From a virus, in the IMG/VR virus record IMGVR_UViG_3300042923_001106, positions 119,209-183,208 of that record: a stretch of 64,000 nt of DNA; one strand, given 5' to 3'. Below, in pieces: positions 1 through 8,845 of this stretch. Below the pieces are notes generated by a model, which was not told the origin of the DNA, did no database searches, and saw only the letters and a program-made list of their open reading frames with translations. The position numbers were made by a program, and so were the translations under genes. Positions within the stretch are counted from its first letter, which is position 1, and each line of letters opens with the position of its first letter.

Positions 1-1
1 A

Positions 2-295
2 AATATTTCATATAAATTAATGATTGATGCATATAAAGTTGCAGAAGATAAAATTAAGTGGTTTATTCGCGAAGTACTTCAGGACGGGAACAATGCAGAA
101 GATATAAATAAGGTAATAACGGTTATGATGAATTCAGGGTTGAATCAAGCGGCAAGAGAAGAACAAATGAGAAAAAGGCAGCAACAAGAAAAAGAAAAAC
201 TGATGGCACAGGAGACAAGTAACGATATGTCTCATGATAATTTAATAAATAAAAAAAATACAAAAGATATACTGGATATATCGGAGTTTCTTTAA
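2..295 (+). CDS. Hypothetical phage protein, 5'-truncated by the window edge (in the position of SPbeta yorH, upstream of the helicase)
   Basis: The frame is open from position 2 to TAA 293-295 and is followed directly by the helicase RBS. Confidence 0.6.
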   Translation, partial: NISYKLMIDAYKVAEDKIKWFIREVLQDGNNAEDINKVITVMMNSGLNQAAREEQMRKRQQQEKEKLMAQETSNDMSHDNLINKKNTKDILDISEFL

Positions 296-314
296 TGCTC
301 AGGAGGGGTAAGTT

Positions 315-1811
315 ATCGCAGAATATATCAAAGAGTTTGTTGACCCGTCTGGAGTTCATGAATCCTTATTCGTAGGGTATTTATGGAAAACTCCAAGTCT
401 ATACTCTAAATATAAAGTCCATAAAACAGAGAAGGACACATTTACAAAACCAGTATGGTATTTTTACTATTATATAGGAAAAGAAATGTATGAGAATGGT
501 ATGCGTACTTTTGACGACGCTTCTGTTTATTCATATCTTACTTCGAAGCCGAAAGAAAATGGAAAAAAATCATACTTTGAATATTACAACGAACACGGTG
601 GATGGTCCACTATTGAAGAGATCTTAAATGAATGTGATCCAGATAAAGGGAATGTAGACTATCATTTTAGTGAAGTTCAAAAATATGAAAGTTTGCGTAT
701 GTTTCAAAAGGAAGGCTTTATCAATGTACTGAGTTCGGATTTGATCAGCAAATTAACAAACATGAATCTGATCCAACTACAGCAATTCATGCAACTCAAG
801 GTTAAGTCTGGATTCTCACAAGTGAATTCTGGGGAAATAGTTATCTCGTATTTGGGCGATGATCTAAGTGAGACCATTAAAGAATTAAAAAATGGAGAAC
901 AGGCAGGAATTCCTTTATTTGAATCACCAAGACTCAATAGAAAAATAAACGGACAAAAACTAGGGAATTTAAATTACTTGATATTGCCTTCAGGTGTAGG
1001 TAAATCAAGTATATTGACAGAGAAAGCGGTAATGAGTCTATATGAAAATGACGAAAAAGGAATCATTTTTGCTAACGAGGAGGGGATAAAACGTTGGAGA
1101 TCCAGACTGCTTGTTACTGTGGCAGCAAGGGTATTAAAAAAGCCGGTCGCAAGAGACGTTGTTAATCGAGGATTTGGTGACGAGGTTGAGGCGATTCTGC
1201 ATGAAGCAAGAGAATGGATTGAATCGCATCGAAAAGAGAACATACTCTTTATCAATCTAAAGAAATATAGAATCCAAGACGTAATAAGTAATATTGAATT
1301 GTATAGGCCAAAGGGATACAAACACATATATTTTGATACTTTTAAACCTGATTTAACGCAGCAGATTGAAAGATGGTTGGCATTTTCTAATTCAGCGCAA
1401 TATTTGTATGACACTATAAAAGACGATGCCTACAATTGTCATTGTCTAGCTACTGTACAATTAAAAATTGGTAAAGAATTTAGATACATTGATCTTGATT
1501 GTATCGGAAAATCGGTCGAAATCTCAGAGGTCGGTGCTGTAATAATGGCCGGACGCTTAATGTTTGATGATGAATATAAAGTAGAAGGACACAAAAACAG
1601 GCTTAATCCGTACAATTGGGAGAAGGATGAACTCAACGGAAAGTGGTTTAAGAAAGAGTATAGACTTGATCCAGAGAAAAAATATCTAATTCTCTTCCTG
1701 CCAAAAAATCGTGAAGGGAGTGAAGATGAGCAGATCATCTTTGAAGTGAATTATGATTTTAACATATGGAGAGAAGTATCTCTAGTCCAAGTACCAAACA
1801 ATGGAAGGTAA
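315..1811 (+). CDS. DnaB-like replicative helicase (SPbeta YorI-like); probable non-canonical ATC start
   Basis: Walker A-like LPSGVGKS and acidic Walker B region YFDTFK. The frame is open from 312, after TAA 309-311. AGGAGG at 301-306 lies 8 nt before ATC 315, and the first ATG is at 486. Confidence 0.85.
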   Translation: MAEYIKEFVDPSGVHESLFVGYLWKTPSLYSKYKVHKTEKDTFTKPVWYFYYYIGKEMYENGMRTFDDASVYSYLTSKPKENGKKSYFEYYNEHGGWSTIEEILNECDPDKGNVDYHFSEVQKYESLRMFQKEGFINVLSSDLISKLTNMNLIQLQQFMQLKVKSGFSQVNSGEIVISYLGDDLSETIKELKNGEQAGIPLFESPRLNRKINGQKLGNLNYLILPSGVGKSSILTEKAVMSLYENDEKGIIFANEEGIKRWRSRLLVTVAARVLKKPVARDVVNRGFGDEVEAILHEAREWIESHRKENILFINLKKYRIQDVISNIELYRPKGYKHIYFDTFKPDLTQQIERWLAFSNSAQYLYDTIKDDAYNCHCLATVQLKIGKEFRYIDLDCIGKSVEISEVGAVIMAGRLMFDDEYKVEGHKNRLNPYNWEKDELNGKWFKKEYRLDPEKKYLILFLPKNREGSEDEQIIFEVNYDFNIWREVSLVQVPNNGR

Positions 1812-1828
1812 TCCTCTAAGGGAGGAGC

Positions 1829-2908
1829 ATGATGAGTGATGTTCTAACAGAAATAAGAAAAAAATTGTTACAAGATGACAATATACATACATTGCTTGAA
1901 AAGGCAGAGTGTGAAAATATAAAACGTCGAAGCAACAGGTATGAAGCAACGTTGCCAAGCAGGTTTAATTCAGATAACGATAGAGCCGTGCAAGTGTATT
2001 TAAATGAATCAATAACCTGTAAAATAAGAAGTCGAACCTTTTTAGGAAAAGGTATTTATGACTTAATTTCATATATTGTATTTGGATGTATAGAAATAAA
2101 AGAAATAAATAAATGCCTTCCGAAATCAAAAAGATGGATTTGTGAGCAATTGGGTTTTTTTGAGTATCTAAATAACTCATGGTATCATGAAAAGCCAAAG
2201 GAAGACCCGTTAAAATGGTTAAAAGATTTAAAGAGGAAACGAAACAAGGAAATTAAGATAATTGAAAATACCGTGCTAGATGATACTGTATTTAATCAGT
2301 ACATTATGTATCCTTACATTAATTATTTGAAAGAAGGCATCGACTATAACACGCAGCTCGAGTTTCAAATCGGTCTTGACCTAGTTAGTGAACGCGTAAT
2401 CTTTCCTATACATAATAAATACGGAGACTTGATTGGAATAAAGGGTAGAACTCTAGATCCAGATTACAAAACTAAAAAAATCCCGAAGTTTATGCATTTA
2501 TATAATGTAAATATGATTTCCGAGCTGTACAACTGGCATCGCGCGCTTTACTACATAATGGAGCAGAAAGAAATCATATTTTACGAAGCTGAAAAAACTT
2601 GCTGGCTAAGTACTCAATGGGGATATAGAAATTGCGTTGCTTTGGGGAGCAGTGAGATAACCGAGTGGCATGTCCAGATGGTCAAGGAACTTGGCTTAGA
2701 TATCCGAATCGTGTTGGGTTACGACAAAGATAAGGAAGCAAAGGAAATAAAGGAAGCAGCTAAGATGTTTGGATTCACTCACTCAATCAACGTTATGTGG
2801 GATGGGAGGAATGCATTTTCTGCAGAGAAGAAGCACTCTCCAACGGATTTAGGCAAAGATGCATTTGACCAACTATACAATGACAGGTATAAATACAAAA
2901 TAACATGA
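1829..2908 (+). CDS. Phage DNA primase (TOPRIM; YorJ-like)
   Basis: RVIFPIHNKYGDLIGIKGR, IIFYEAEK and IVLGYDKD primase motifs; RBS GGAGGAG; follows the helicase. Confidence 0.85.
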   Translation: MMSDVLTEIRKKLLQDDNIHTLLEKAECENIKRRSNRYEATLPSRFNSDNDRAVQVYLNESITCKIRSRTFLGKGIYDLISYIVFGCIEIKEINKCLPKSKRWICEQLGFFEYLNNSWYHEKPKEDPLKWLKDLKRKRNKEIKIIENTVLDDTVFNQYIMYPYINYLKEGIDYNTQLEFQIGLDLVSERVIFPIHNKYGDLIGIKGRTLDPDYKTKKIPKFMHLYNVNMISELYNWHRALYYIMEQKEIIFYEAEKTCWLSTQWGYRNCVALGSSEITEWHVQMVKELGLDIRIVLGYDKDKEAKEIKEAAKMFGFTHSINVMWDGRNAFSAEKKHSPTDLGKDAFDQLYNDRYKYKIT

Positions 2909-2936
2909 CAAATAAAATCGATATTTCATTCAATGG

Positions 2937-2975
2937 TAGCAAGCACAACTTGGAAAATAGTGCTTGCTATTCTTT
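2937..2975 (+). terminator. Intrinsic terminator after the primase gene
   Basis: TAGCAAGCAC (2937-2946) pairs with GTGCTTGCTA (2960-2969), followed by TTCTTT. Confidence 0.65.
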
Positions 2976-2980
2976 GTATC

Positions 2981-3010
2981 TTGATATAAAATAAAAGTAT
3001 GAAATAAACT
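2981..3010 (+). promoter_or_regulatory. Probable sigma-A promoter containing the shared 17-mer ATAAAATAAAAGTATGA
   Basis: TTGATA-N18-TAAACT; the 17-mer at 2986-3002 is identical to 29387-29403. Confidence 0.45.
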
Positions 3011-3039
3011 AATTGATGAGGAGGCGGACTAAATATTCG

Positions 3040-3174
3040 ATGTTTGTCTGGTGGATCATTGGAATATGTATTTACTTCTGTTTAGTAGTACTTATCGCAA
3101 AATGCTGTGGAGGAAATACAACTTTCGATTATAAAATAAAACATAATAATACATATGGGGAGAATGAGCGATGA
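3040..3174 (+). CDS. Small single-TM peptide (44 aa; MFVWWIIGICIYFCLVVLIAKCC...)
   Basis: Manual translation gives a hydrophobic N-terminus; the stop overlaps the next start (ATGA). The RBS is somewhat distant. Confidence 0.4.
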   Translation: MFVWWIIGICIYFCLVVLIAKCCGGNTTFDYKIKHNNTYGENER

Positions 3175-3503
3175 AGTTGTATCAATTGGGCAAAGGGGTA
3201 TATAAAACTTACCGGGAAACAGTTAAAGGGAATCAAAATATCACTCCACAACAAGCACAAAAGAAATTGACTCGAAACATTATACTGGCTTTTAAAGTTT
3301 CAAAAAGCAATAATGAAAATTTAAAGCAACGGTACTTCTATGGTAACTTGCACATACTCGTAGTTGGAAATAAAATCGTCTGGATCAAAAATATTAAGCA
3401 GAATGGCAACTGGTTTTATAAGGATCAGAAAAAGTATGATGAATTGAATGTGCTGCTTGGTATTGAAAATGATTCTGAAACTATTAATCAAAGAGTCAGT
3501 TAA
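3171..3503 (+). CDS. Hypothetical phage protein
   Basis: 110 aa ORF with RBS GGGGAG. Confidence 0.7.
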   Translation: MKLYQLGKGVYKTYRETVKGNQNITPQQAQKKLTRNIILAFKVSKSNNENLKQRYFYGNLHILVVGNKIVWIKNIKQNGNWFYKDQKKYDELNVLLGIENDSETINQRVS

Positions 3504-3518
3504 TAAGAGGGAGAAAAC

Positions 3519-3749
3519 ATGAGTGAGGCACTAAAAAATGCCCTATACGATGTAGTAGAAAAAGCAAAGAAATACGATGCGATTATACATCTTAGAAAAA
3601 ATGGAGAAATCCATTGTGATTTTTGCGGTAAGTGTCAATGCGATGTTAAGAAGTTAGTAGCTGGACCAAGAGTTTTTATTTGCGACGAATGCATAGAACT
3701 ATGTGTTGAAGTTATTAAAGAAGAGAAAGTGAATGAGGAAGACAAATAA
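3519..3749 (+). CDS. Stand-alone ClpX C4-type zinc-binding domain protein
   Basis: [31 protein letters not shown] matches the ClpX N-terminal CSFCGK...VxKLxAGP.VxICDECxxLC pattern. Confidence 0.85.
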   Translation: MSEALKNALYDVVEKAKKYDAIIHLRKNGEIHCDFCGKCQCDVKKLVAGPRVFICDECIELCVEVIKEEKVNEEDK

Positions 3750-3791
3750 AATTATGCTTTCATTGAAGAAAGGGGCGCCTATTGGAAAAAT

Positions 3792-4226
3792 ATGAGGGAT
3801 ACAAGGGAAATTAAATTCCGGGGACGCCGAATTTGCAATGGTGAGTGGGTATACGGTTGGTTGTATTCAATCGTTCCATATGGAAATCCTCATGAGCGTG
3901 GTTTTATGATCAAAGAGGATATAGGAGACGATTATGAGGTCGATCCCGAATCAGTAGGTCAATATAGCGGCGTTAACGATGACGACAAGGATGAAGAGTT
4001 ATTTTCTGGAGACATCATACAGGTGGGATACGACGGCGAAACGATTGTCTGTGAAGTGATGAGAGAAGGTCCGGGATTCTTGCTGGCATCAGGCGAATTT
4101 GATGACGGATATATCTGGATCAGTGAAATAGTAGAATCGCTTGATGGCAAGTTTTATATACCTGATTCGGAATTGTTGGGAAATCGCTGGGAGCATCCTC
4201 ATCTATTAGGAGGGAACCAAGCATGA
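3792..4226 (+). CDS. YopX family phage protein
   Basis: REIKFRG...WVYG, VDPESVGQYSG and terminal ELLGNRWEHPHLL signatures. Confidence 0.85.
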   Translation: MRDTREIKFRGRRICNGEWVYGWLYSIVPYGNPHERGFMIKEDIGDDYEVDPESVGQYSGVNDDDKDEELFSGDIIQVGYDGETIVCEVMREGPGFLLASGEFDDGYIWISEIVESLDGKFYIPDSELLGNRWEHPHLLGGNQA

Positions 4227-4609
4227 GGATAGACGATATGAAGCCGGGACCGGAATTGAATGCGGAATTTGCGAAAGCACTCGGAAAGCCGAATTTGCGC
4301 AAATATAACCACTGCTATGTTTGGGACAATGTGGGGTACGTCAACGGAAAACCAGTTGGATCAGTAATGGGAACGATCGATGTTCCAGAATACTCCACAA
4401 CATGGGACGGAATGAGCGAAGTTGTTGGGGAGATGCAACGACGGGGATACAGATATTTGCTCCATGACACTCATAACGGCATATCGCTTGCGCAGTTTCA
4501 AAAATATAATGCAGAATACGAACTGACTGGGTTCGGCAGGAGTGAAGGAAAAACGGCCCCTCACGCTGTAACGTTGGCAGCTATTAGGGCTCTACAAGGG
4601 GAGCAATAA
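4223..4609 (+). CDS. Phage ABA-sandwich/BC1872-like protein
   Basis: GPELNAEFA...PEYSTTWDGMSEVV...TAPHAVTLAAIRAL pattern. Confidence 0.6.
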   Translation: MRIDDMKPGPELNAEFAKALGKPNLRKYNHCYVWDNVGYVNGKPVGSVMGTIDVPEYSTTWDGMSEVVGEMQRRGYRYLLHDTHNGISLAQFQKYNAEYELTGFGRSEGKTAPHAVTLAAIRALQGEQ

Positions 4610-4613
4610 ACGT

Positions 4614-4790
4614 ATGAAGACGCTATGTACACGTTGTAAAAAGCCGGTTTATAAAAATCGAAACCACTGGACAGATGTACACGGAAATCGCAAGCATATT
4701 CGCTGCCAAAAAGAAGAAGAACAGGAGCGCCGTGAACGAGATAAAAGAACATCTCGCATGGAGGCTCTACAAGGGGAGGATACCCAATGA
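4614..4790 (+). CDS. 58-aa Cys/His microprotein (absent from the ORF track)
   Basis: MKTLCTRCKKPVYKN...KHIRCQ...EALQGEDTQ; it ends in the shared junction motif. Confidence 0.6.
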   Translation: MKTLCTRCKKPVYKNRNHWTDVHGNRKHIRCQKEEEQERRERDKRTSRMEALQGEDTQ

Positions 4791-5014
4791 GTAAAAAAGG
4801 CGGAGATATACTTTGTGATCTCTGGAGCCGAGTCGATCAAGCGGATTTTGACACCATGATTACGGAAGCATTCAAGAAGATTCCTACGAAAATCCAAAAG
4901 AAATTCATTGCAGAAATTCTTGAAAATAATATTTGGGATTTGAACGGAAAGCCTGATGATAGAACTTTATCCGAGTGCTGGGAATTTGTTGATGCAGGGG
5001 AGGATACCCGATGA
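4787..5014 (+). CDS. Hypothetical protein (cassette block)
   Basis: ATGA overlaps at both ends, with the shared RBS motif. Confidence 0.7.
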   Translation: MSKKGGDILCDLWSRVDQADFDTMITEAFKKIPTKIQKKFIAEILENNIWDLNGKPDDRTLSECWEFVDAGEDTR

Positions 5015-5208
5015 ATAACTGTGGAGTATGCAATCATCACTTAGACATCAACCATGCCCAATTAAGACGATTCGAATTGGATGGGACTCTTACGCCGTAC
5101 CATATGGGTTGTGAGGGTGAGGCGCGGAAACTTAAGCCTTGTGTAGACTGCGGCCAACATCGACTATTATGCAGCGATTGTGCAGAGGTAGGGGAGGATA
5201 CCCAATGA
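5011..5208 (+). CDS. Cys-rich zinc-finger-like microprotein
   Basis: CGVC, HMGC, CVDC and CSDC motifs; shared junctions. Confidence 0.65.
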   Translation: MNNCGVCNHHLDINHAQLRRFELDGTLTPYHMGCEGEARKLKPCVDCGQHRLLCSDCAEVGEDTQ

Positions 5209-5402
5209 ATATTATACCAATCATCAGAAATGAAAGAGGTAGCCTGACGCTTAATAGGGCTGATTTGGATATCATCATTGGTCAGATTATTGATATATGC
5301 AGAACAGAAAAGGAACTGGAATGGGTTCAAGATCAATTAATAGGCTGCATTGAATCCATGGTGGAAGGAAAATTGGAAGAGTTGGAGGATACCCAACCAT
5401 GA
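5205..5402 (+). CDS. Hypothetical protein (MNIIPIIRNERG...)
   Basis: Start refined to ATG 5205, after the junction RBS. Confidence 0.65.
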   Translation: MNIIPIIRNERGSLTLNRADLDIIIGQIIDICRTEKELEWVQDQLIGCIESMVEGKLEELEDTQP

Positions 5403-5602
5403 AATACGCGATAAAGTTCCAAGGCGAATATATGCGCCAAAGATACGGATCAGATTGCTTTACCGACGATCTTGGTTTCGCTGTCCTATTCGATTCTCGG
5501 GAAGAAGCTGTATCCGAACTTTTCGGTGATGAGCATGTCGTTGAAATACAAGAAGACGAAGAAGGCGGAATCTGGGAGGATACAGCAAATGGAATGGATT
5601 AA
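5399..5602 (+). CDS. Hypothetical acidic protein
   Basis: RBS junction and ATGA overlap. Confidence 0.65.
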   Translation: MKYAIKFQGEYMRQRYGSDCFTDDLGFAVLFDSREEAVSELFGDEHVVEIQEDEEGGIWEDTANGMD

Positions 5603-5906
5603 TTGCAGCGACAGAATGCCGGAACCGGCTCAACGTGTACTTGCAGTATTCCCAACAGGGTATAAGGGTGTCAGGCATATTTCCTTAGTCATTTACGTTC
5701 CGGCCAAATCAGTAAAGGCGGAAGATTTGTGGGACGACGACAGTGATTGTGTTGAATACGACGAAGAGAAGGATTGCTTCTACGTCGAAGAAGGTTGGTA
5801 TGAATCGTCTTACGAGTCGGAAAAGGATTGGCGTTTGAATTACGAGGTAACTCACTGGATGCCATTACCTCATGTTCCAGTGGCACAAGGGGAGGATAAA
5901 GGGTGA
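5589..5906 (+). CDS. DUF551-like phage protein
   Basis: MEWINCSDRMPE...VTHWMPLP; start refined to ATG 5589. Confidence 0.8.
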   Translation: MEWINCSDRMPEPAQRVLAVFPTGYKGVRHISLVIYVPAKSVKAEDLWDDDSDCVEYDEEKDCFYVEEGWYESSYESEKDWRLNYEVTHWMPLPHVPVAQGEDKG

Positions 5907-6163
5907 AACAGCCAAACATAAAAATATTCGGAAAAACTCATAAAGTCGTTCAAATCGAATTTAACGACGATGGCTTAATCCAAAAGATCATATATAAGGC
6001 AAATCAACACAATAACAGAATAGTATTCCGACGAGACGATATGGTGGATGAATCGCTCGTACGGAAATACAAAATCCACGAGCCAACAAATCATCCATAC
6101 CACAACTATGCTCATGCGCCTGATCTGGAGTCTTTATTGGTACAAGGGGAGGATACCCAATGA
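5903..6163 (+). CDS. Hypothetical protein
   Basis: GTG start after GGGGAGG; ends in GEDTQ. Confidence 0.65.
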   Translation: MKQPNIKIFGKTHKVVQIEFNDDGLIQKIIYKANQHNNRIVFRRDDMVDESLVRKYKIHEPTNHPYHNYAHAPDLESLLVQGEDTQ

Positions 6164-6318
6164 AGCGTGAACTGATTATATCCGGTTCGGTAGAAAAATG
6201 TTGGGCTTGCAAGGGTCGAGGATATTCGGGATCTGAAAACCATCCCGAATGCGTAGTTTGTAGTGGATATGGTTGGTTGCCGAAGGGAGAAGAAGATGCC
6301 GAGACGCCATCCAGATGA
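6160..6318 (+). CDS. 52-aa DnaJ-type zinc-finger microprotein (absent from the ORF track)
   Basis: CWACKGRG...CVVCSGYG, i.e. two CxxCxGxG motifs. Confidence 0.65.
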   Translation: MKRELIISGSVEKCWACKGRGYSGSENHPECVVCSGYGWLPKGEEDAETPSR

Positions 6319-6451
6319 AGTTAAGCAAAAATGCGGACGATGCAGCCGAGAGAGATACGAACTCGTTAAATGTGGCGGAATATATGTATGTTGGAACTGC
6401 TGCAACTACCTAAAAAAGTCGGGGGATGATACCCATGGAACCAGTAAGTAA
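6296..6451 (+). CDS. Cys-rich microprotein
   Basis: CGRC...CWNCC; RBS before ATG 6296. Confidence 0.5.
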   Translation: MPRRHPDEVKQKCGRCSRERYELVKCGGIYVCWNCCNYLKKSGDDTHGTSK

Positions 6452-6782
6452 TGCTGATAAGTTGAGAGATAAAGCACCGGAAGATATAGACGATGTCCTA
6501 TCCGAACTCGAAGACTTGAGCAAATTTTGGAAAGAGGCAATGAGGGAGCAAGCCGAGGAATATATTGAATCTCTCCAATCCATACAGCAGGAAAGGGATA
6601 AACTGCTTCGCAAACTGAACTATAAAGACTTGATTATCTCAAATGCGGTGGAATTAGTTGAGGATCGAGAAAAAGTGCTTTCGGAATTGCGACCATTCGT
6701 TTCACCAGAGCATCAAAAATTAATAGATTCAGTGGTGGACAACGGGAGTTTCAATGTCGGAGTAGGGGAGGAAAGGACATGA
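6435..6782 (+). CDS. Hypothetical coiled-coil protein
   Basis: ATG 6435 follows the junction variant; helical, charged sequence. Confidence 0.65.
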   Translation: MEPVSNADKLRDKAPEDIDDVLSELEDLSKFWKEAMREQAEEYIESLQSIQQERDKLLRKLNYKDLIISNAVELVEDREKVLSELRPFVSPEHQKLIDSVVDNGSFNVGVGEERT

Positions 6783-7045
6783 CCGAATTGACGGAACAGC
6801 GAAAACGGGAGATCGCTGAGATGGCCCGGAGGGATTTAAACGCTCATGCATGGTTATGCGAACAAGAGCAGGAAGAATATGCCACTGAGGTTCTTTCCCT
6901 CCAACAACAGGTAAACACGCTGACGAAACAGATTGAGGCAGCGTTAACCGATTTGGAAGCATATAAACCTTTAACGGCTATAGTCGTCCTTAAAAGTGCC
7001 ATACAGTCTATAAAGGAATCCCCGAGGGAGGAGCAAGGGAAATGA
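6779..7045 (+). CDS. Hypothetical protein
   Basis: RBS GGGGAGG and ATGA overlap. Confidence 0.65.
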   Translation: MTELTEQRKREIAEMARRDLNAHAWLCEQEQEEYATEVLSLQQQVNTLTKQIEAALTDLEAYKPLTAIVVLKSAIQSIKESPREEQGK

Positions 7046-7308
7046 TTAAATTGACATATTTTGAAGGTGACGCGCTGTATATTGCGCCAGATCGAATTAT
7101 CGCCGTTTATGATGATATTTCCGCGACAACGATAAGTTGCGGTGGAGAACTTTTCAGCGTGGAAGAAAAGCCAGAAGAAGTAGTACGCAAGATCATGGAT
7201 TACAAACTGGCTATGATTGAATACCGTTCGAAATTCCAAAACAATAAATCTGTTGCTGACATATTGTGGGGAATGAATAAACTGGCCGGATTGGAGCAGA
7301 CCCCATGA
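7042..7308 (+). CDS. FlbD/SwrD-like domain protein
   Basis: MIKLT...YIAPDRIIAV...TTISCGGELFSVEEKPEEVVRKI resembles the FlbD family pattern. Confidence 0.55.
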   Translation: MIKLTYFEGDALYIAPDRIIAVYDDISATTISCGGELFSVEEKPEEVVRKIMDYKLAMIEYRSKFQNNKSVADILWGMNKLAGLEQTP

Positions 7309-7709
7309 TAGTACGAATCACATTTGGCGACCGAGTAATGATGTTTGGAGATAGCTATAAGCCGTGGCACATGCAGATGGACGAATATATGCGGCGATGT
7401 GCAGAAGGATTGCCAAGACCGGAAAGGGTTGAAGTATCAAAATCAAAGTGGATCGGGTGGGGTGGCTTAAAGTGGTGTTCATCGGATAACTTTCAGCATG
7501 AGTTGAACCGTGAAGGGTGCCAAGAAAGCGATCCAGACAATTCTCGGCCACGTAAATACGCTGATATGGAGTTTGCTCCGGCAAAAGGAAAGGTGTTGGG
7601 GAAAGTATACGATGCATGGGAGTCTGGTCAGCGATTGATGAAAATCGGGAAATTAAATGATGAAGAATATAGGTTGTATCAGCGCGGAGAATTGAAAATA
7701 ACTGTCTAG
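7305..7709 (+). CDS. Conserved hypothetical phage protein
   Basis: 134 aa ORF with RBS and ATGA overlap. Confidence 0.7.
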   Translation: MIVRITFGDRVMMFGDSYKPWHMQMDEYMRRCAEGLPRPERVEVSKSKWIGWGGLKWCSSDNFQHELNREGCQESDPDNSRPRKYADMEFAPAKGKVLGKVYDAWESGQRLMKIGKLNDEEYRLYQRGELKITV

Positions 7710-7740
7710 GCCCAATAGGGGATAAAGGGAGAGAAAATGA

Positions 7741-7929
7741 ATGGCTAAATATGTGTTTTTTGCATCGACTGGGTATGTTGGATCAAGCCGTGAAGAAACT
7801 GTAGAAATTCCGGACGAGGAACTTGAGGGCATGTCTGAGAACGAACAAACTGCGTACGTTGATAAAAATTATTATCAGGATTGGTTGGCGGGAAACACTG
7901 AATTATCATTTTGGAAAGTCGACGAGTAA
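7741..7929 (+). CDS. Small acidic phage protein
   Basis: STGYVGSSREETVEIPDEEL; RBS GGGAG. Confidence 0.65.
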   Translation: MAKYVFFASTGYVGSSREETVEIPDEELEGMSENEQTAYVDKNYYQDWLAGNTELSFWKVDE

Positions 7930-8459
7930 AGGAGAATCCCCATGGAACAGATAGAGGGGTAGAAGGGTAACGTACCTATAACCCCCTTTATCGGCCCCCA
8001 CTTCGTTAAGCGGATTCGGTCGAGTCGTAGGATTAGTCAAAGGACGAAAGATGAACACCAATACAATGCGAGAAACTGCCGCAAGGGCTACGATGTGTGT
8101 ACTGCAAAACAATGGAAAAGAATAAGTTAGCGAAAGCAAAAAGTTGGTTTGGACAAGGGGAATACAATGTTAATTTGATGATTTCCGCTGGGGTAATAAC
8201 GGAATATCGAATTCTACAAATGTACGAAAAAGAAGTAGAAGGCAAGTAGCATTTTGAATAATTTGTCCGTAAGGGGTGAAACAGGGATGGATGAAAAGAA
8301 GTGTCCTAACGAGTGTGGAGATTTAGAAAATGTTAGAGGTCATATCGAAACGAATGACGGAAGAACGTATTTCAAAGTGGATATTTTATATTGTCCTGAT
8401 TGTCATTACATTCAAAACGTAGATGCCAACTTGTAACATTTTGAAAAGGCGGTGTAGAT

Positions 8460-8642
8460 GTGGAATTTAAGTATTTACCTCTTGATTTTTACTCGGTGGA
8501 TTATTGGAAGGGGCGGATTGAAAAATCGTCCTCTACAAAATATGAATTTGTAGTAGATCATACTGAGTTAGTGTTAGAGCAAAATGTTAGTCCAACTGAG
8601 AAATTAAAGGCGATTCAAGCGCTTATTAATGCAACAAAATGA
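8460..8642 (+). CDS. Hypothetical protein
   Basis: GTG start after AAGGCGGTG. Confidence 0.5.
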   Translation: MEFKYLPLDFYSVDYWKGRIEKSSSTKYEFVVDHTELVLEQNVSPTEKLKAIQALINATK

Positions 8643-8845
8643 ATAAAAAGTTACATCATAAGGCCGAACGGCCACCGAGTTGACCGAAATACTCAGGCGT
8701 AGCCGGTGGCCGGATCAATCCATTTTGGAGGTAACCCAAGACGATTTGAATTGCGTGAGATTGTAAAGTGGCTGTTCATTGAACCATTCTTGAATTATAA
8801 GAAAAACAAGCACGTAAAATACTGATTGTATTAAGGGGGACGAAA

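Larger units (their letters stand above)
4588..6437 (+). repeat. Repeated stop/RBS/start junction (A)GGGGAGGATACCC(A/G)ATGA linking small ORFs
   Basis: Near-identical copies at 4771-4790, 4996-5014, 5190-5208 and 6144-6163; variants at 5384, 5574, 5887 and 6421. GGCTCTACAAGGGGAG is duplicated at 4588 and 4763. Confidence 0.85.
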
